This document shows positions 1 through 13,927 of a DNA stretch of 64,000 nucleotides, in pieces. How positions within the stretch are numbered: the first letter of the stretch is position 1; every line of letters begins with the position of its first letter. Source of the stretch: Eledone cirrhosa (lineage: Eukaryota); assembly GCA_964016885.1 (NCBI GenBank), contig OZ024744.1, positions 59,520,001 to 59,584,000 of the forward strand, given 5' to 3'. A program made the position numbers and the translations under genes. The notes beneath the pieces were generated by a model. That model had not been told where the DNA came from. It did no database searches and saw nothing but the letters and a program-made list of their open reading frames with translations.

Positions 1-728
1 ACAACACTGCCAATACCATAAAGTACTCTATCAGACGTTCTAACGACACTGCCAATACCATAAAGTACTCTATCAGACGTTCTAACGACACTGCCAATAC
101 TATAAAGTACTCTATCAGACGTTCTAACAACACTGCCAATACCATAAAGTACTCTATCAGACGTTCTAACAACACTGCCAATACCATAAAGTACTCTATC
201 AGACGTTCTAACGACACTGCCAATACTATAAAGTACTCTATCAGACGTTCTAACAACACTGCCAATACCATAAAGTACTCTATCAGACGTTCTAACGACA
301 ATACTATAAAGTACTCTATCAGACGTTCTAACGACAATACCATAAAGTACTCTATCAGACGTTCTAACAACACTGCCAATACCATAAAGTACTCTATCAG
401 ACGTTCTAACAACACTGCCAATACCATAAAGTACTCTATCAGACGTTCTAACGACACTGCCAATACTATAAAGTACTCTATCAGACGTTCTAACAACACT
501 GCCAATACCATAAAGTACTCTATCAGACGTTCTAACGACAATACTATAAAGTACTCTATCAGACGTTCTAACGACAATACCATAAAGTACTCTATCAGAC
601 GTTCTAACAACAATACCATAAAGTACTCTATCAGACGTTCTAACAACAATACCATAAAGTACTCTATCAGACGTTCTAACAACAATACCATAAAGTACTC
701 TATCAGACGTTCTAACAACACTGCCAAT
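1..728. repeat. 42/36-bp minisatellite with an exact 240-bp higher-order repeat, derived from a SINE head
   Basis: Unit ACAACACTGCCAATACCATAAAGTACTCTATCAGACGTTCTA; the short variant lacks CTGCCA. Bases 121-360 are identical to 361-600. Confidence 0.95.
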
Positions 729-769
729 TCTCCACCCATTCTTCCTTTTTATAAAACAGTAACACAAAT

Positions 770-953
770 AATAATTGTTTCTACTTTTGGCACAAGGCCA
801 GGAATTATTTCAGTGTTTTACTGGTACTTTATTATATCGACCCCCGTAAGGATGAAAGGTAAAGTTAACATCGACGGGATTTGAACTCAAACCGTAAAGG
901 GCCGTAACTATGCGTAAAAGCATGGCGTCCGACCCTCTACCGATACTGCCAAT
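770..953 (-). mobile_element. tRNA-derived SINE with Nin/Deu-like core (family 1)
   Basis: TGGCAGTATCGGTAGAG A-box head, GAGTTCAAATCCC B-box, CCTTTCATCCTTACGGGGTCGATAAAATAAAGTACCAG-like core, GGCCTTGTGCC...AGAAACAATTATT tail. Confidence 0.85.
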
Positions 954-1366
954 CCTATTTAAAAAAAAAAAATAATAGTGACATAAAAGAAAACAAATAC
1001 CATTAATTACTGTAGATGACAAAATGTGGTAGTCCTCAACTAGACAGAGATATATTTGTATATACAAAACTAAAGATCAATGGATCGCACCTAGTTGATG
1101 GACAGACTACTTACATGCCATTGGTCGACTGGAGCAGTGCGAAACAATAATAATTTCTTTCTTCCCTACCAACATGCTCTTTCTCCCCACCTTTTAGACC
1201 CCTCTCTCTCATATATATATTTCTGCTGGACACCACCAGAGGGCGATAGCCCCAGTGTTTTGCATAGCTACGGCTTTCTAAATGTTTATCCATAAACATA
1301 CCGTATTTCTTTAGAAATACAAAATTTCAATACATATCTGTATACAAAATCCTATCAAATCTTAGC

Positions 1367-2097
1367 TATGCAGACGATATGGCTATCATGAGTTACTCTA
1401 CAACTGATCTGCAAGACTTTCTGAATGTACGGGCCAAACATTCGCTGGAGGCTGACTTACACATCAACATCTCCAAAACAAAGTGTATGACACCTGATAA
1501 AAACAATGCCAATCTCCAACAGACAACCAACAAATTGCTCAAGTTACGGAGTTTGATGATAGTTTGTGACCGAGATATACAAAGAACAATGGAATGGTTG
1601 CTGCGCAGTTTCGCATCGCTCTAGGCTGGGCAGCTTTCAACAAGAAAACGGAAGTACTAACATCAAAACGAGTTATCTATCGTTTGAAGGCGAAGAAATT
1701 TGATAATTAGACATTACCAGTTGTGTTATATGGTCCTGACTGTGTTAACTGGATAACAAGGTCACTTCAGAAGCTCTCTACATTCCAGAACCACATCATG
1801 AGACTTATGACTGGCAAGCGGCTCTGTATCAGTGAGCTGTTCAACATTACCAAACTTAGACCAATTGCTATACGGTCATATAAAAAGATCAACTCGTGGT
1901 GTGAGTAGGTTATGCCAGGAAGGAAGGTTAGCTGGTTAGAGAAGCAAAGGCCGGCAGCCAAAACGATGGCTTGGTAATGTCAACTTATGGACTGGACTTG
2001 ATCTTTGCTCTTTGAACTCTGCTGCTAGTGATCGAACTTTGTGGAGAGAGATATCTCATGTTGATGCGCAGTCTGCATCTGGCGGAATTTAGCGTCA
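1367..2097 (+). pseudogene. RTE-clade LINE reverse transcriptase relic, 3' part
   Basis: Begins YADDMA; contains INISKTK and LYG motifs; frameshifted. Confidence 0.8.
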
Positions 2098-2158
2098 CAA
2101 GAATCTTTATACAGCTATGCATGAAGCTAAATCCTAATTCTATATATATATGTGTGTG

Positions 2159-2209
<51 letters not shown>

Positions 2210-2731
2210 ATATATATATACACACACATACACAGTTTGTTCGCTTTTTATACGAATTCGCTTTAACGCCTCTTGAAAAAATATTAAATATTTGCGAATA
2301 ACGCGCTATAACGCGTATGCTTTATTATTATTTTTTTTATTTATCAGATATATTAGACTTGAATTACGCGAATTTTCTTTACGCGTTACGTTGTCAATAA
2401 GAAACACACGCACCAGTTGCTTTCACTCTAATGAATTATAAATAAAATTTATAAATTTCCGGTTGGCTGGTTGGTTCCACAACCAGTCGATTGTTCATAT
2501 ATTGTCAAAGTTCTTTCGTCACACATTCTGTGACTGGGGATTCTTTTCTTTGTTTTTGTGCCTCTCCTTTGTTCTGTCCTACGCCATCTTGTTTTTGTGT
2601 GTGTTGTGTGCTTAGTTTGCGCATGTGTTTCATCCGGGTGTCTGTCTGTGTTTATATTTGTTTATTTATTTGTTTATTTACATATTACTGGTTGGTCGTT
2701 TGTTCTATGTGTGTGTGTTTTCATTTTGTCC

Positions 2732-2930
2732 TTAATTGTAAGTTGTGATATTGCTATTCCATTCATGTTTTCTATTTAATTTTGGTTGGAGTTCATTTAT
2801 GTTTATTGCCTCTGTAATTTGTATAAACATTGCGTCTTTTCTGTGTGTAGATTCTATTTTTATTTCTATGTTCTCTAATTTACCCTTATGTTGTTCTATT
2901 TTAGCATGTTGGTGGAGTAAATGAACACTG
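2732..2930 (-). pseudogene. C-terminus of a Penelope-like GIY-YIG endonuclease
   Basis: HLLHQH...H.G...IQITEAINI...PKLNRKHEW resembles the PLE endonuclease end (H..H; QI.EA..I; LN.K.EW); the downstream UTR carries a hammerhead. Confidence 0.65.
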
Positions 2931-3112
2931 GCGAGAGCTTCAAGATAGTAAAGAATCATCTGTACTCCACCAACATGCTAAAATAAACAAATATAAACAC
3001 ACACAGTCACCCGGATGTAACACATGCGCAAACTAAGCACACATCACACACAAAACAAGATGGCGTAGGACAGAACAAAGGAGAGGCACAAAAACAAAGA
3101 AAAGAATCCCCA

Positions 3113-3155
3113 GTCACTGAAGAGGTCACAGAATGTGTGACGAAAGAACTTTGAC
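3113..3155 (+). ncRNA. Type I hammerhead ribozyme (minimal)
   Basis: GTCA-CTGAAGA-G-GTCACA gaatg TGTGAC-GAAA-GAAC-TT-TGAC. Confidence 0.75.
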
Positions 3156-4754
3156 AATATATGAACAATCGTCTGGTTGTGGAACCAACCAACCAACCGG
3201 AAATTTATAAATTTAATTTATAATAAATTGGAGTGAAAAGCAACTGGTGCGTGTGTTTCTTATTGGCAACATGACCCTCCCAAGGCATAACAATATCGGC
3301 TTCAACACACGTTTTCAGATAAAGAATCTTGCTAAACAAATTCAGAAACGAAATATATATATATACATATAAAGGTTAACTCTTATTTAATTTTTCTCCT
3401 CCATTTGTCCCTATAAAAGATCAACTTTTACTAATTTCATCCCATTACATTTTTTTTATATTTATATTTTGCTGTCGTCACTTTTTCTTACCATTAGTAC
3501 CCACTTCCGTTTCCGCTTCCGCTTATGTTCTCCAACGTAGAACTGTTTAGTGTGAGTTTTCTAATTTAATTAAACAAAACCATAAACTTTTTCATTTTTT
3601 TTTTTTTTTCGTTTGAATCCTAGAGACATTTTACAGCATGTAGTTGCCGGTGTATATCTAAACATTCAACGGCAACACCTGGTATAACTTGATACAGACA
3701 GTTGTCTATTTCTGTAAATTAAACGGCATCGTAATTCCCGTGCGAATTTTTCTTGGCTCAGTTTACAGTATTAAATTGTTTCATACACATACACTAATAC
3801 ACAAACAAAAATATTGGCTGCCGTATTGTACATGCACTGTTGGTATGGAGACGGTACTATCTCTGTTGTTGTTGCTATTATTATTGCTATTAGGTCAATA
3901 TCCTGGAGGAAGCTGTTGTAGCGACCGCCATAAACAACAGACTTCCAACAAGCAACAGATTGACTACAACCACTGTCTCACAGACGTGCTGCTCTCTCTC
4001 TCTCCCTCTCTCTTTACCACTACTACAATGACCTCTCCCTCTCTGAACTAGCTAGCTCCAACAGTTTCGTTTCCTTAAGGCTCGCTTCTCACAGTGAGCT
4101 GCTACCACCAAAGCTAACTCAACAGCCTCCTAGGACGCAGAATTTTGAGAGGTACCATCAAAGTTTTGTACTAATCTGTATGATTATATTAAATATATAA
4201 TTTCCTGTAATCAATAAACAAATTATTAATCCTCACTACCGCGTAGTACAATTGTAGAAATATCCAAGGCGGTGGAAATGGTGGTATGATGTTAAAACCT
4301 TTCACACTATTTTATGTGGGAGAGTGTGGACTGTGTAGTGGGAAAATGCTAACTTACTAATTTACTTTGTGTGGTCAGAGCAAGAAGTGTCAAAAACTAG
4401 GTTTCTTAGCTTGCCGAACTGTAATTTGAAATATTATTTGAAGTGGTACACATTGTAGAGCTTACATAGGGCGCTAAATACCAGCGCTAGGAGCTTACCA
4501 TTCATATCTGACATTTGCCATGTATTTGTGAATAATATTGACTTCTTAAATATAAGTATGTATACGTACATACATATATGTATACAGACGTACAGCAGTA
4601 TGTATATATATATACATGCATATATGTGTACGTATGGATTTACCGAACATTTATTATAATGCTCGGTTTGTTTGTAAACAAACATCCCGAATTAAGCCGT
4701 ACAGTGTTTAGCAACCATCGTTGCCCTTTTGTTTGTTCAACACTGACAAAGGAA

Positions 4755-4795
4755 CGATGTACTAGTTTCAAACTTATAAGCTATCGTCAGCACCG
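4755..4795 (-). ncRNA. Type I hammerhead ribozyme (minimal, palindromic stem III)
   Basis: CGGTG-CTGACGA-TAGCTTATAAGTTT-GAAA-CTAG-TA-CATCG. Confidence 0.8.
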
Positions 4796-5250
4796 TATAC
4801 TTTCCTCTCAGATGATTCAACGTCTGAAAGTATATACTTTCCTTATGCATATTAACGGCTGAGCAGCCTAATTTGCATATCGAGTGACTTAATCGGCCGG
4901 GCGTACCGAAAACGATAAACGGAAAAAATGAAACGAAATTTCATTTCTCACTCTTTGTCAGTGATGAACAAAAGAGCAACGATGGTTGCTAGACACTGTA
5001 CGGCTTAATTCGGGATGTTTGTTTACAAACAAACCGAGCATTATAATAAATGTTCGGTAAATCCATACGTACATATATATATGTGTGCATGTATGTCTAT
5101 AGAATTCTTCCGCCTTTGTTATTCTGAATATAGTTTTTAAAGAATTACCTTTTCTTTAAACTCATCAACCTATGACCTGCACCCATCCCAATCACTACCC
5201 TCTCCTACCACCAGAAAAGATATAAATACCACCATATTACTTGGACAGCT

Positions 5251-5299
5251 GCTTCCTGATGATTTCTCCCGAATGAAACAGTTATAGTCCTGTAGAAGC
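5251..5299 (+). ncRNA. Type I hammerhead ribozyme
   Basis: GCTTC-CTGATGA-T TTC tccc GAA T-GAAA-CAG ttatagtc CTG-TA-GAAGC; GUA site at 5294. Confidence 0.85.
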
Positions 5300-6065
5300 T
5301 TTTCTATATTAAATATTTATACTCAGCTATGTATTGAGTACCTTACTTACTGTGGTTACCCCCGATTGAACCCGGGATAAACTTATATATATATATTTAC
5401 AGGCACAATCTAACTGTGACTAAATTTTCCGACGTGTCCTTTTTTAAAGATAGTAATCTGAAAGTCTGGTTTGAGGAAGATTCAGTTGTTATTTCTAGCA
5501 GGTCAAGAAATGACGCAGAAGCTCCACCGCCGATTCAAGATTCTGTGAAACATTGGAGAAATGTTTTTCCATGGGTATTAACGTAAAGTGAAACGACTTC
5601 AGCCAGGGATGGAATCGAGGTCACAGACCTGATTTGAGAGATGTAAACAAATCGAAACTTTTCCCCGATATCAGCATTATCTCACACATTCAGGAATGTC
5701 TCTCACATCTTTCCTTTGGTATTTAAAAAAAAAACAAAAAAACTTAGCTCTGCGTGTGACCCCCGAGAAAAAAATATCAAAAGAAAGATTGTTCAATCGA
5801 CTGTAAAGGACTTCGCAATATGTACTTGTGGGTAAGGGAAGAAAGGAGACATTGAGAGGTGTTAAATGGTTTAAATAGTTTTGAAATAGGATTTCTTAAA
5901 TTCTTGTAGGTTATCAGTTGTAGACGACCCCACCACTACCACCACCACCACCACCACCACAAAAAAACAAAACAAAAAAAAATAAAAAAACGAACCAACA
6001 CAACCAAAACACAGAATCAAATTCAAAGCTAGATAGCGTCAGCTTAAAAAAAGCGAGTAGTGTTA

Positions 6066-6604
6066 TCTTGATATATATAAAGGTCTATGTACATATGTCT
6101 GTTTGTATGTATGAGTGTTCCAAACTGTAGGCCACAGTTTTGCACCAAGGTAGCTGACATTTTATATAGGGACACATTTTCTTTAGATGGTTATAGGTTA
6201 TTTGACCTTTTCCCTGATGTTTTTTTAATAACTTTTAATGTCCACACGTAATCGGATTCAAGAAGACATTCACGACAAATATAAAACATCATTATGGCTA
6301 GATATTAACGTCTTTACTTTATCTTACTGCAACTTTTCACAAGATACTTTAAAGATTTGCATTAATTGAACCAGATGAAACTTCATTAGGAAGATATTGA
6401 AAACTAGAGAACAGCTCTGACAGCATAACAGCTTTAGACAACATTACATTAAAAATTAAAGTTTTTAGTCAACTACTGCAAATGTGTTCACTGTTAAAGA
6501 TACTATAAACGTTTGAATAAACCAACAAGTTTTAAAATATATTTTACTAAATCATTGCAGGATGTTAAAAGATAAACCCAAGCAAGAATGTATACAGCTG
6601 CTAG
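6066..6604 (+). mobile_element. Non-autonomous Helitron
   Basis: A|TC...CTAG|T termini. Confidence 0.55.
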
Positions 6605-6981
6605 TATAAAATAAAAATATAAATAAAAAAAAGAAACCGTAGTCGTTAAAACAAAAAAGAAAAGAAAAGAAAAATAATTGAAGATTGTCAACGATGCGTG
6701 AGTGCTGGATTATAGTATGTAGTTAGGACAAATTTATATAGGGAGGTTCTGGAAGACACTCTAAGGTATCCACGCTCCGACACACTTTTCCTGCTCGAAG
6801 ATGTGTTACAGCCAATAAGTTCATCTCACTGTAAAATAAACATGTCTCTGCCGTTTTTGTTTTCACTTTCTGAAATTCTTTCCAACACAAACCTTTACCA
6901 ACGTATCAAATAAACAGACAGACAGATATATAGACAGACCACCAGCTTTCACACACAAGCACACACACACGCATGTATAAG

Positions 6982-7011
<30 letters not shown>

Positions 7012-7013
<2 letters not shown>

Positions 7014-8515
7014 AGCAGCCTCCCGTCCTACATCCTGGTCTGTAATGTTGGCACCTATGAGGCACCTATTATCATCTTAGAATACAAGATATTAAAAGGT
7101 ATTCAAATAATGAATAACATAATTTCAAATTTTATTTAGAATATGTAAATACAGAAAGTAATAAAGAAAAAAAAAAAAAAATGTATTCAACGAAAATTAC
7201 ATTTACAGAGCTTCTGTATATACAGTGTTTTAAACTGTTTGTTTTTTTGTTTGGAGCATATATGAAGAGTTTGTAGCGTCTTTTTAGTCTGGAATAACCT
7301 ACATACATTTGATCATGTGAGAAACATCCATCTTCTAGATGGAGACCAACAACCTACAGTGCCTAATTAATTGACTCTCACGGGGAATTGCAATCATTTG
7401 AAACAAAAGGGGACATCTGTTGATATTAGCTGTATTCTAGGTATCAATACGATGTCTCCCTTACCACACCCAGTGAGGATTTGGGCTTCGATAATGTGAG
7501 GCTGTAGTTCAGTCACAACCATATGCGTCCGATTGCTCAATCTTGACTGATCCAGGTTTCCGAGAAACATGACGACCGTACCCTTCTTGAATTCAGGGTT
7601 GTGTGGTTCCAGACTGTTGAGAAATCATGATGTTTTGAGCACTCCTTGTTGAAATGGTGGATTTCAAAATTGGGGAGCTATTGATTAATTAAGTTTACAA
7701 CAATAGAAAAATAATGAAAGATCGGAACATCCTCCAGGATTGTTTTTCTATAAATTTAAACATTTGAGAGGTGCTTATCTGTAACTTTAAGGTTCCCACT
7801 CACTCCCTGCTTCTGTTTTAGGAAAAAGGAGACGTTGTCGAGTAAGTCGGATGTTAGATCGGTTGAAATAAAACGAAAGAACCTAGAAAAAAAAAAAATT
7901 CCCTCTGAAGAAATCTACGATGATCGCCCCTCATCCCACCTCTACTGTTGATATACCAGCCGTGTTGGAAGTTGAGCACTTCGTCGGACATATTTCATTT
8001 TTGTAGTGCAAATAAGGCAGCATCGGAAACATTGTTGATGTATTTGCACACATACTTTACAGGCACCCGCCATTCCGTTTTCGAAAAAATGGCGAATGCG
8101 TGCATGTTGGAGGTCACGTTAGTTGAAAACATGAAAAAACCTAAGAAAAATATTTTTCATCGCAATCCTCAGCTGGTGCCTTTCTATAAATTTAAAAGGC
8201 TGAGATGCTTATCTGTAGCTCCAAGGCTCCCCCCCCCTCCGATTTCGGAAAAAGGAGTCGTTGGCGAGTGAGTGAGAATAACAACAACAACCATCTGTCA
8301 TTATAATTGCTGACCTTGTGCCAATAGTAGAAACAATTATAGTGAAAGTCTTTTTTCTAAAATCTGTGTTGCATTGTCGGACATACAGAAACACACACAT
8401 ACAGAGATACAGACACATACATACACAAACAAAAATATAAACACACACATTAATTATTATCAATTTTATTTAGTGTTATTAGCGGTCAACGTACAAAAAA
8501 ACTTCCTTTTTATAA
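7012..8515 (-). mobile_element. Helitron with PIF1 helicase relic (~7230-7610)
   Basis: Minus strand gives KKGTVVMFLGNLD...PHIIEAQILTGCGKGDIVLIPRIQLISTDVPFCFK.LQFPVRV; termini match 10445-11281. Confidence 0.85.
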
Positions 8516-8528
8516 GTATGTGTGTGAG

Positions 8529-8576
<48 letters not shown>

Positions 8577-8579
<3 letters not shown>

Positions 8580-9280
8580 TCTGGTAATGTTAAGCAGCTC
8601 ACTGATACAGATACAGTCGCTGAGCCGCTTGTCAGTCATAAGTCTCATGATGTGGTTCTGGAATGTAGAGAGCTTCTGAAGTGACCTTGTCGTCCAATTA
8701 ACACAACCAAGACCATATAACACAACTGGCAGGATGTAAGTATTGAAGATCTTAGCCTTCAAATGATAGGAAACTCATTTTGATGTAAGTGCTTCCTTGT
8801 TCTTGTTGAAAGCTGCCCAACCTAGAGCGATGCGATACTGCGCAGCAACCATTCCATTGTTGTTTGATGATAGTTTGAGATTGAGATATATAAACTCCGT
8901 AACTTGAACAATTTGCTGGTTGTCTGTCGGAGATTGGCATTGTTTTTATCAGTTGTCACACACTTTGTTTTGGAGATGTTGATGCCAGCCTCCAGCGAAT
9001 GTTTGGTCAGTACATTCAGAAAGTCTTGCAGAGCAGTTCTAGAGTAACTCATCAATTGTCAAGTCAATAGTACTCGAACTATACGGTCATATAAAAAGAT
9101 CAACTCGTAGTGTGAATAGGTTATGCCTGGAAGGAAGGTTGATTGGTAAGAGAAGCAGAATCCGGCAGCCAAAACGATGGCTTGACAATGTCAACCTATC
9201 GACTGCTTTTGGTGATCGAACCTTGTGGAGAAAAATATCTCACGTTGATGCGCAGTCTGCATCTGGTGGAGTTTCGAGTC
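8577..9280. mobile_element. Second copy of the same RTE with 5' inversion (8577-9055 minus, 9078-9280 plus)
   Basis: Direct sequence match to 1388-2097 in two opposite-orientation pieces. Confidence 0.85.
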
Positions 9281-9304
9281 AAAATAGTAGTCGTACTAAG
9301 TATA

Positions 9305-10421
9305 TCTGTATATATATAAAATTGAGTATGTGTGTGTCTGTGTATTACCTATAGGGGCCTATATCCTACGACCGATTTTCATGAAACTTTACAGGCTCAT
9401 AGATTAGTCATCGGGGAGTGTTTTCTATATATCAGCGTATCGTTTTTTTTTTAAATTATTATTCCGGGCTCATTCTGCAGATAAAAATAAGATTTTTTGC
9501 TCTAGCTCCGACATTTTGCCACTGATTTCGTTCAAATTTTAAAGTAAAATAGAATTTATCATTGCACATCCTGTAATGGCTTTATATTTTGTATTCATTC
9601 AGGGACGGCGTGGCAGCCGCTTAAATATTCAAAAATACCACTTTTAGACTCAAATTTCCCCTTTTTCGGCTCTAGCGCCCTCATTAATCAACCTACTTTG
9701 TTCAAATGTTACACTACGCTAGATCTGATTATTTCACGTCTTAAAGTGGCTTTACATTTTGGATCTTTTGTTCAGGAACGGCGCGACAGCCGCTTAAATA
9801 TTCGAAAATACCGCCTTTTCGGCTCTATCTCCCACATTTTTCAACCGATTTCGTTCAAATTTGAAACTTCGGCTCCACCTCACACATAAATCAATTTATT
9901 TGGTTCAACTTTTATACTATGATAGAACCTATCATTGCACATCTTATAGTAACTTTACACTTTGCATTTTTTATTCAGGGACGGCGACCTATCATTAGCT
10001 CCCACATTTTTCAACCGATTTCGTTCAAATTCGAAATTTCGGCTCCACCTCACACAAATCAATTTATTTGGTTCAACTTTTATACTACGATAGAACCTAT
10101 CATTGCACATCTTATAGATGGTCAAAGGCAAAACGATGGTCACTGACGTCGTCTGAGCTTTTAGTTGTGTATTTGAGAATTCATCGGTTTCCAATCAAGT
10201 AGCGTGAGGAAATTTGGCTTAGTGTTAGAGGTCATTAGCCCCCCACCCCCAGCATGCCCCTTCGTCAGTCACCCGCGTTTCTCAATGATAGAGGTCATCA
10301 CCACCCTTCCCCGCATGGCCTGTGTGTGGCCATAGATGAGTCATCGAGAAGCAGTCTCTAAGATCAACACCAAAGCAGATATTATTTTACCTACCCAGAC
10401 AACGCTGGGTGTTGCTGCTAG
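9305..10421 (+). mobile_element. Non-autonomous Helitron with internal tandem repeats
   Basis: A|TC start; hairpin ACCCAG-ACAACG-CTGGGT at 10393-10410; CTAG|T end. Confidence 0.8.
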
Positions 10422-10444
10422 TAAATATATATATATATATATAT

Positions 10445-11281
10445 TCTATACCTTTATCAAAAGGAAGTTTATTTGTTTGTACGTTGACCGCTAAAACACT
10501 AAATAAATTGATAATAATTAAAGTTTTTCGTGTGTTTTCAACTAATCTGATCAACAAGCTCGCTGTCGACTTATTTTCCGAAAACACTATGGGGTGGGTT
10601 ATGTTGAGGGAGAATTGACTGCTGTTTTTAGCGCAGTGATACTGACTGTTCGTCCGTCATGGTATCTATTTATAGAAAGAGATGGAAACACTACACCTTT
10701 CACTCATCCCACTTCCCTCACTCTCTAAGTAAAAAATTCCTAGGTTGGTTTATTCGTTTGATGTTGGCCGGTCTGACATCTGACAGACTGAGAGAAAAAA
10801 AGTAAGCGAGAGAGGGGGGACACACACACACACGTATTTGTGTTTCAAACGATTGCAATTCCTAGTGAGAGTCAGTTACCCAATGACCAAAGGTGAAACA
10901 CTGCAGGTTATTGGTCTCCATCTGGTAGAGGGCTGTTTCTCACATGATCAAATTGTATGTAGGTTGTTACATAGTAGGAACACTCCACAAACTCTTCATA
11001 TATGCTCCAAAGAAAAAAGTTAAAAACAGTATTTACTGAAGTTTTGTAAATGCTTTATAATTTTCGTGGAATATATTTAAAAAAAAAAAAATTGTATTAC
11101 TTTCTATATAAAGATGTTCTAAATAAATTTTTAAAATTATGTTATGCAATATTTAGATACCTTTTAACATCTTTCAACTTTCTTTCAAGGAAAATTGGCA
11201 TTACGATAGATGCCAAGAGGTGTCTTATAAATAGATTTGAGCATAGTATACAGACCAGGGTGAAGGCCAGGAGGCTGTTAG
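10445..11281 (+). mobile_element. Deleted Helitron with PIF1 C-terminal relic (10838-11050)
   Basis: FKRLQFLVRVSYPMT.KGETLQVIGLHL...CFSHDQ matches helicase motifs V/VI. Confidence 0.85.
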
Positions 11282-12704
11282 TATACACACACACATACAT
11301 ATATACATATATAACGCGCGCCAATAAACAGCATGTATCGTAACAGCACGATTTGCTGTTGTTCTTGTCTTCCTCATTCTCTCAACATTGTATCATTGCA
11401 GCTAAGTTGAACAGCAGGAGTCAAGAGACATGTGAAGACAAATGACATACAGCGTGCGTGCGTGCGTGTGTGTATACATGTATGTATCTATCTCTCTGTC
11501 TACCTACTTACCTACCTACTTATCTACCTACCTACCTACCTATCTATCTATTTTTAATTCTTTGGGTAAAGATATTGAAATCCCCACTTGAAGATGATAG
11601 AATTTCTGGCTTTTATGAAGACATTTTATACCACCATAGTGTTTAAGATACTTAAACTGAAAATTTTATAATGGAATCAAACATTACTACGTCTGTAGGA
11701 TTGCCATCATTACAAGACACCTCAAATATCTCAGTTTACCTTGCCGTAAGAAGATATCAGTGGCTGCTCTATGTACATCACTACCGTAAGTAGCCGAAGG
11801 CTGTAGAATTGGAAATTGTTTCGTTAACTTGTGATTAGTTTAGAAAAAGTGCCAATGAAACACCTGGTTAAGATACATTTAATTGCACACATAAACTGGG
11901 ACTGGGGATGAATTCATTCAATCTACTACTTCCATAGCCAATACATTTTCGACCTTGTGTCAATAGAAGAAATTACATCCCAAAGTCAACACAATTATGT
12001 TCTAAATCTAGCTAACTACCCGATTAAAACCTATTTCTAGAATATTTTATGTACCAACAATACACATTACATTTAAAATACTTTGAAAAAAAAAGCAGCA
12101 AAACAACTTAATACTACAGGTACCAATTTATCATGGTTCCAGAAGCCCAGAAAATCTATAAAACCAGCTACTTTTGAAACCGATGAGTTTTTAATCAGGA
12201 AAACTGATGCCACATAACCGACACATGTAGTCACACAGGCACACCGGCGTTATTTTAATAACTATTTCAACATGCTGGCGCGTATGTGTATATGTGTGTG
12301 TATGTGCATATGTATACATTTATTAGTATGAGTATATAAATATAAACGCGCAGACACACAAAAATACATTCACAGACATACACACAGATTGCGTGACGGA
12401 CGGACGAAAGTCGCTCAAATTTATATAGACTTTAAATGGATTTGGAAAAATCAAATAGATCCTGTTTGAGAAGTGTTATTAATTTGTATTTTGTTAAGTA
12501 CTGTTTCGTTGTTCCCTTTTCTTGATTTCAGAAACCTCTCTCTCCCTCTGTCTCTGTTGTTACAAATACTGTGCTCGGGTTTTAACATTTTTATTACATT
12601 TTTCTCATTTTCTTATATCTCCTTTGCAGCTTGTTTGGCGTATAGTCGTGTCTTGAACAACACATGTCTGAAAGAAAGGCTGTTCGCCCCCCTCCTCATA
12701 TGTA

Positions 12705-12784
<80 letters not shown>

Positions 12785-13672
12785 GCGTGAGAAAGGTGAG
12801 TTGGAGAGAGCGGGCGGGAATTGGTTGGGAAAAGTCGGCCAAAGTGATAGTCTAAGATAATTATAGTAGATAGATAATGGTAGAAGAGGATAGATGGGAG
12901 AGGAATGGGTTAAAAAAAAAAAAAAAAGAAAGAGCAACAGTGGCAGCAGCAGGAACAACAACAGTAGCAAACAGCATCATCAAAAACAACAACTACATCA
13001 ATAATGACATACATGTAAATTGAATTAAAACAAGAACAAATTAAAAACAAAAACAAACAAACAAACAGGAAAAGAACGATAAAAATCCCCCAACAAAAAA
13101 AAACAATAACAAACAATAAGAGACGTAAAAGTAAAATAAAAGCTGGCTGGAGATGATGAAGGAGATACATAGATAGAAGGAAACAGATGAGAGAGGGGGA
13201 GGGGAGAGTAACAAAGAAGGCAGAGAAGGAATAGAAGGAAGAAGGAGAAAGACAAAGATTATGAAAAAAAAAATAAGACGACGACGACGAAGAAGAAGAA
13301 CAGCAAAGACGAAAAAGAACAACAAAAATAGAACGAAAAACAACAAACAAAAAATAAAGAGAGTTGAATAAGGATTGTCAGATGTTGCGCAGAGGGGAGG
13401 GGGGGGGCTTGGTTGTACAGAAGGAAGATTATGAGGGGTGGTAATGGTGGGGATGGTAGGGGAGGACAGTAGGAGGATGATAGTTTGAAGGTCTGACCCA
13501 GAAATACATACGTGTTTATTATATATATATATATATATATATACATGTGTGTGTGTGTATATATATACATAATATACATAGATATATACATACACACACT
13601 CACACGCATATATATATATATATATATGCGTGTGAGTGTGTATTTATGTATATCTCTATGTATATTATATTA

Positions 13673-13713
<41 letters not shown>

Positions 13714-13879
13714 TACATATATAAATATGTGTATATATACACATACATATACATATATGTATATATACACACACACACATATATAAATATATACTGTATA
13801 TAAATGAAAATAGATATAAACTACGCAAGTTGTAACATATGAACAACATTTTTTACCTTCATATCTTATTTTGTATGTA

Positions 13880-13927
<48 letters not shown>

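Noticed and set aside
1-728. CRISPR-like periodicity
   Set aside because: No unique spacers; plain tandem repeat in eukaryotic DNA.
11739-11800. Possible minus-strand mini-exon (PSATYGSDVHRAATDIFLRQG)
   Set aside because: Weak donor, not the expected TM2 exon, and adjacent to SINE debris.
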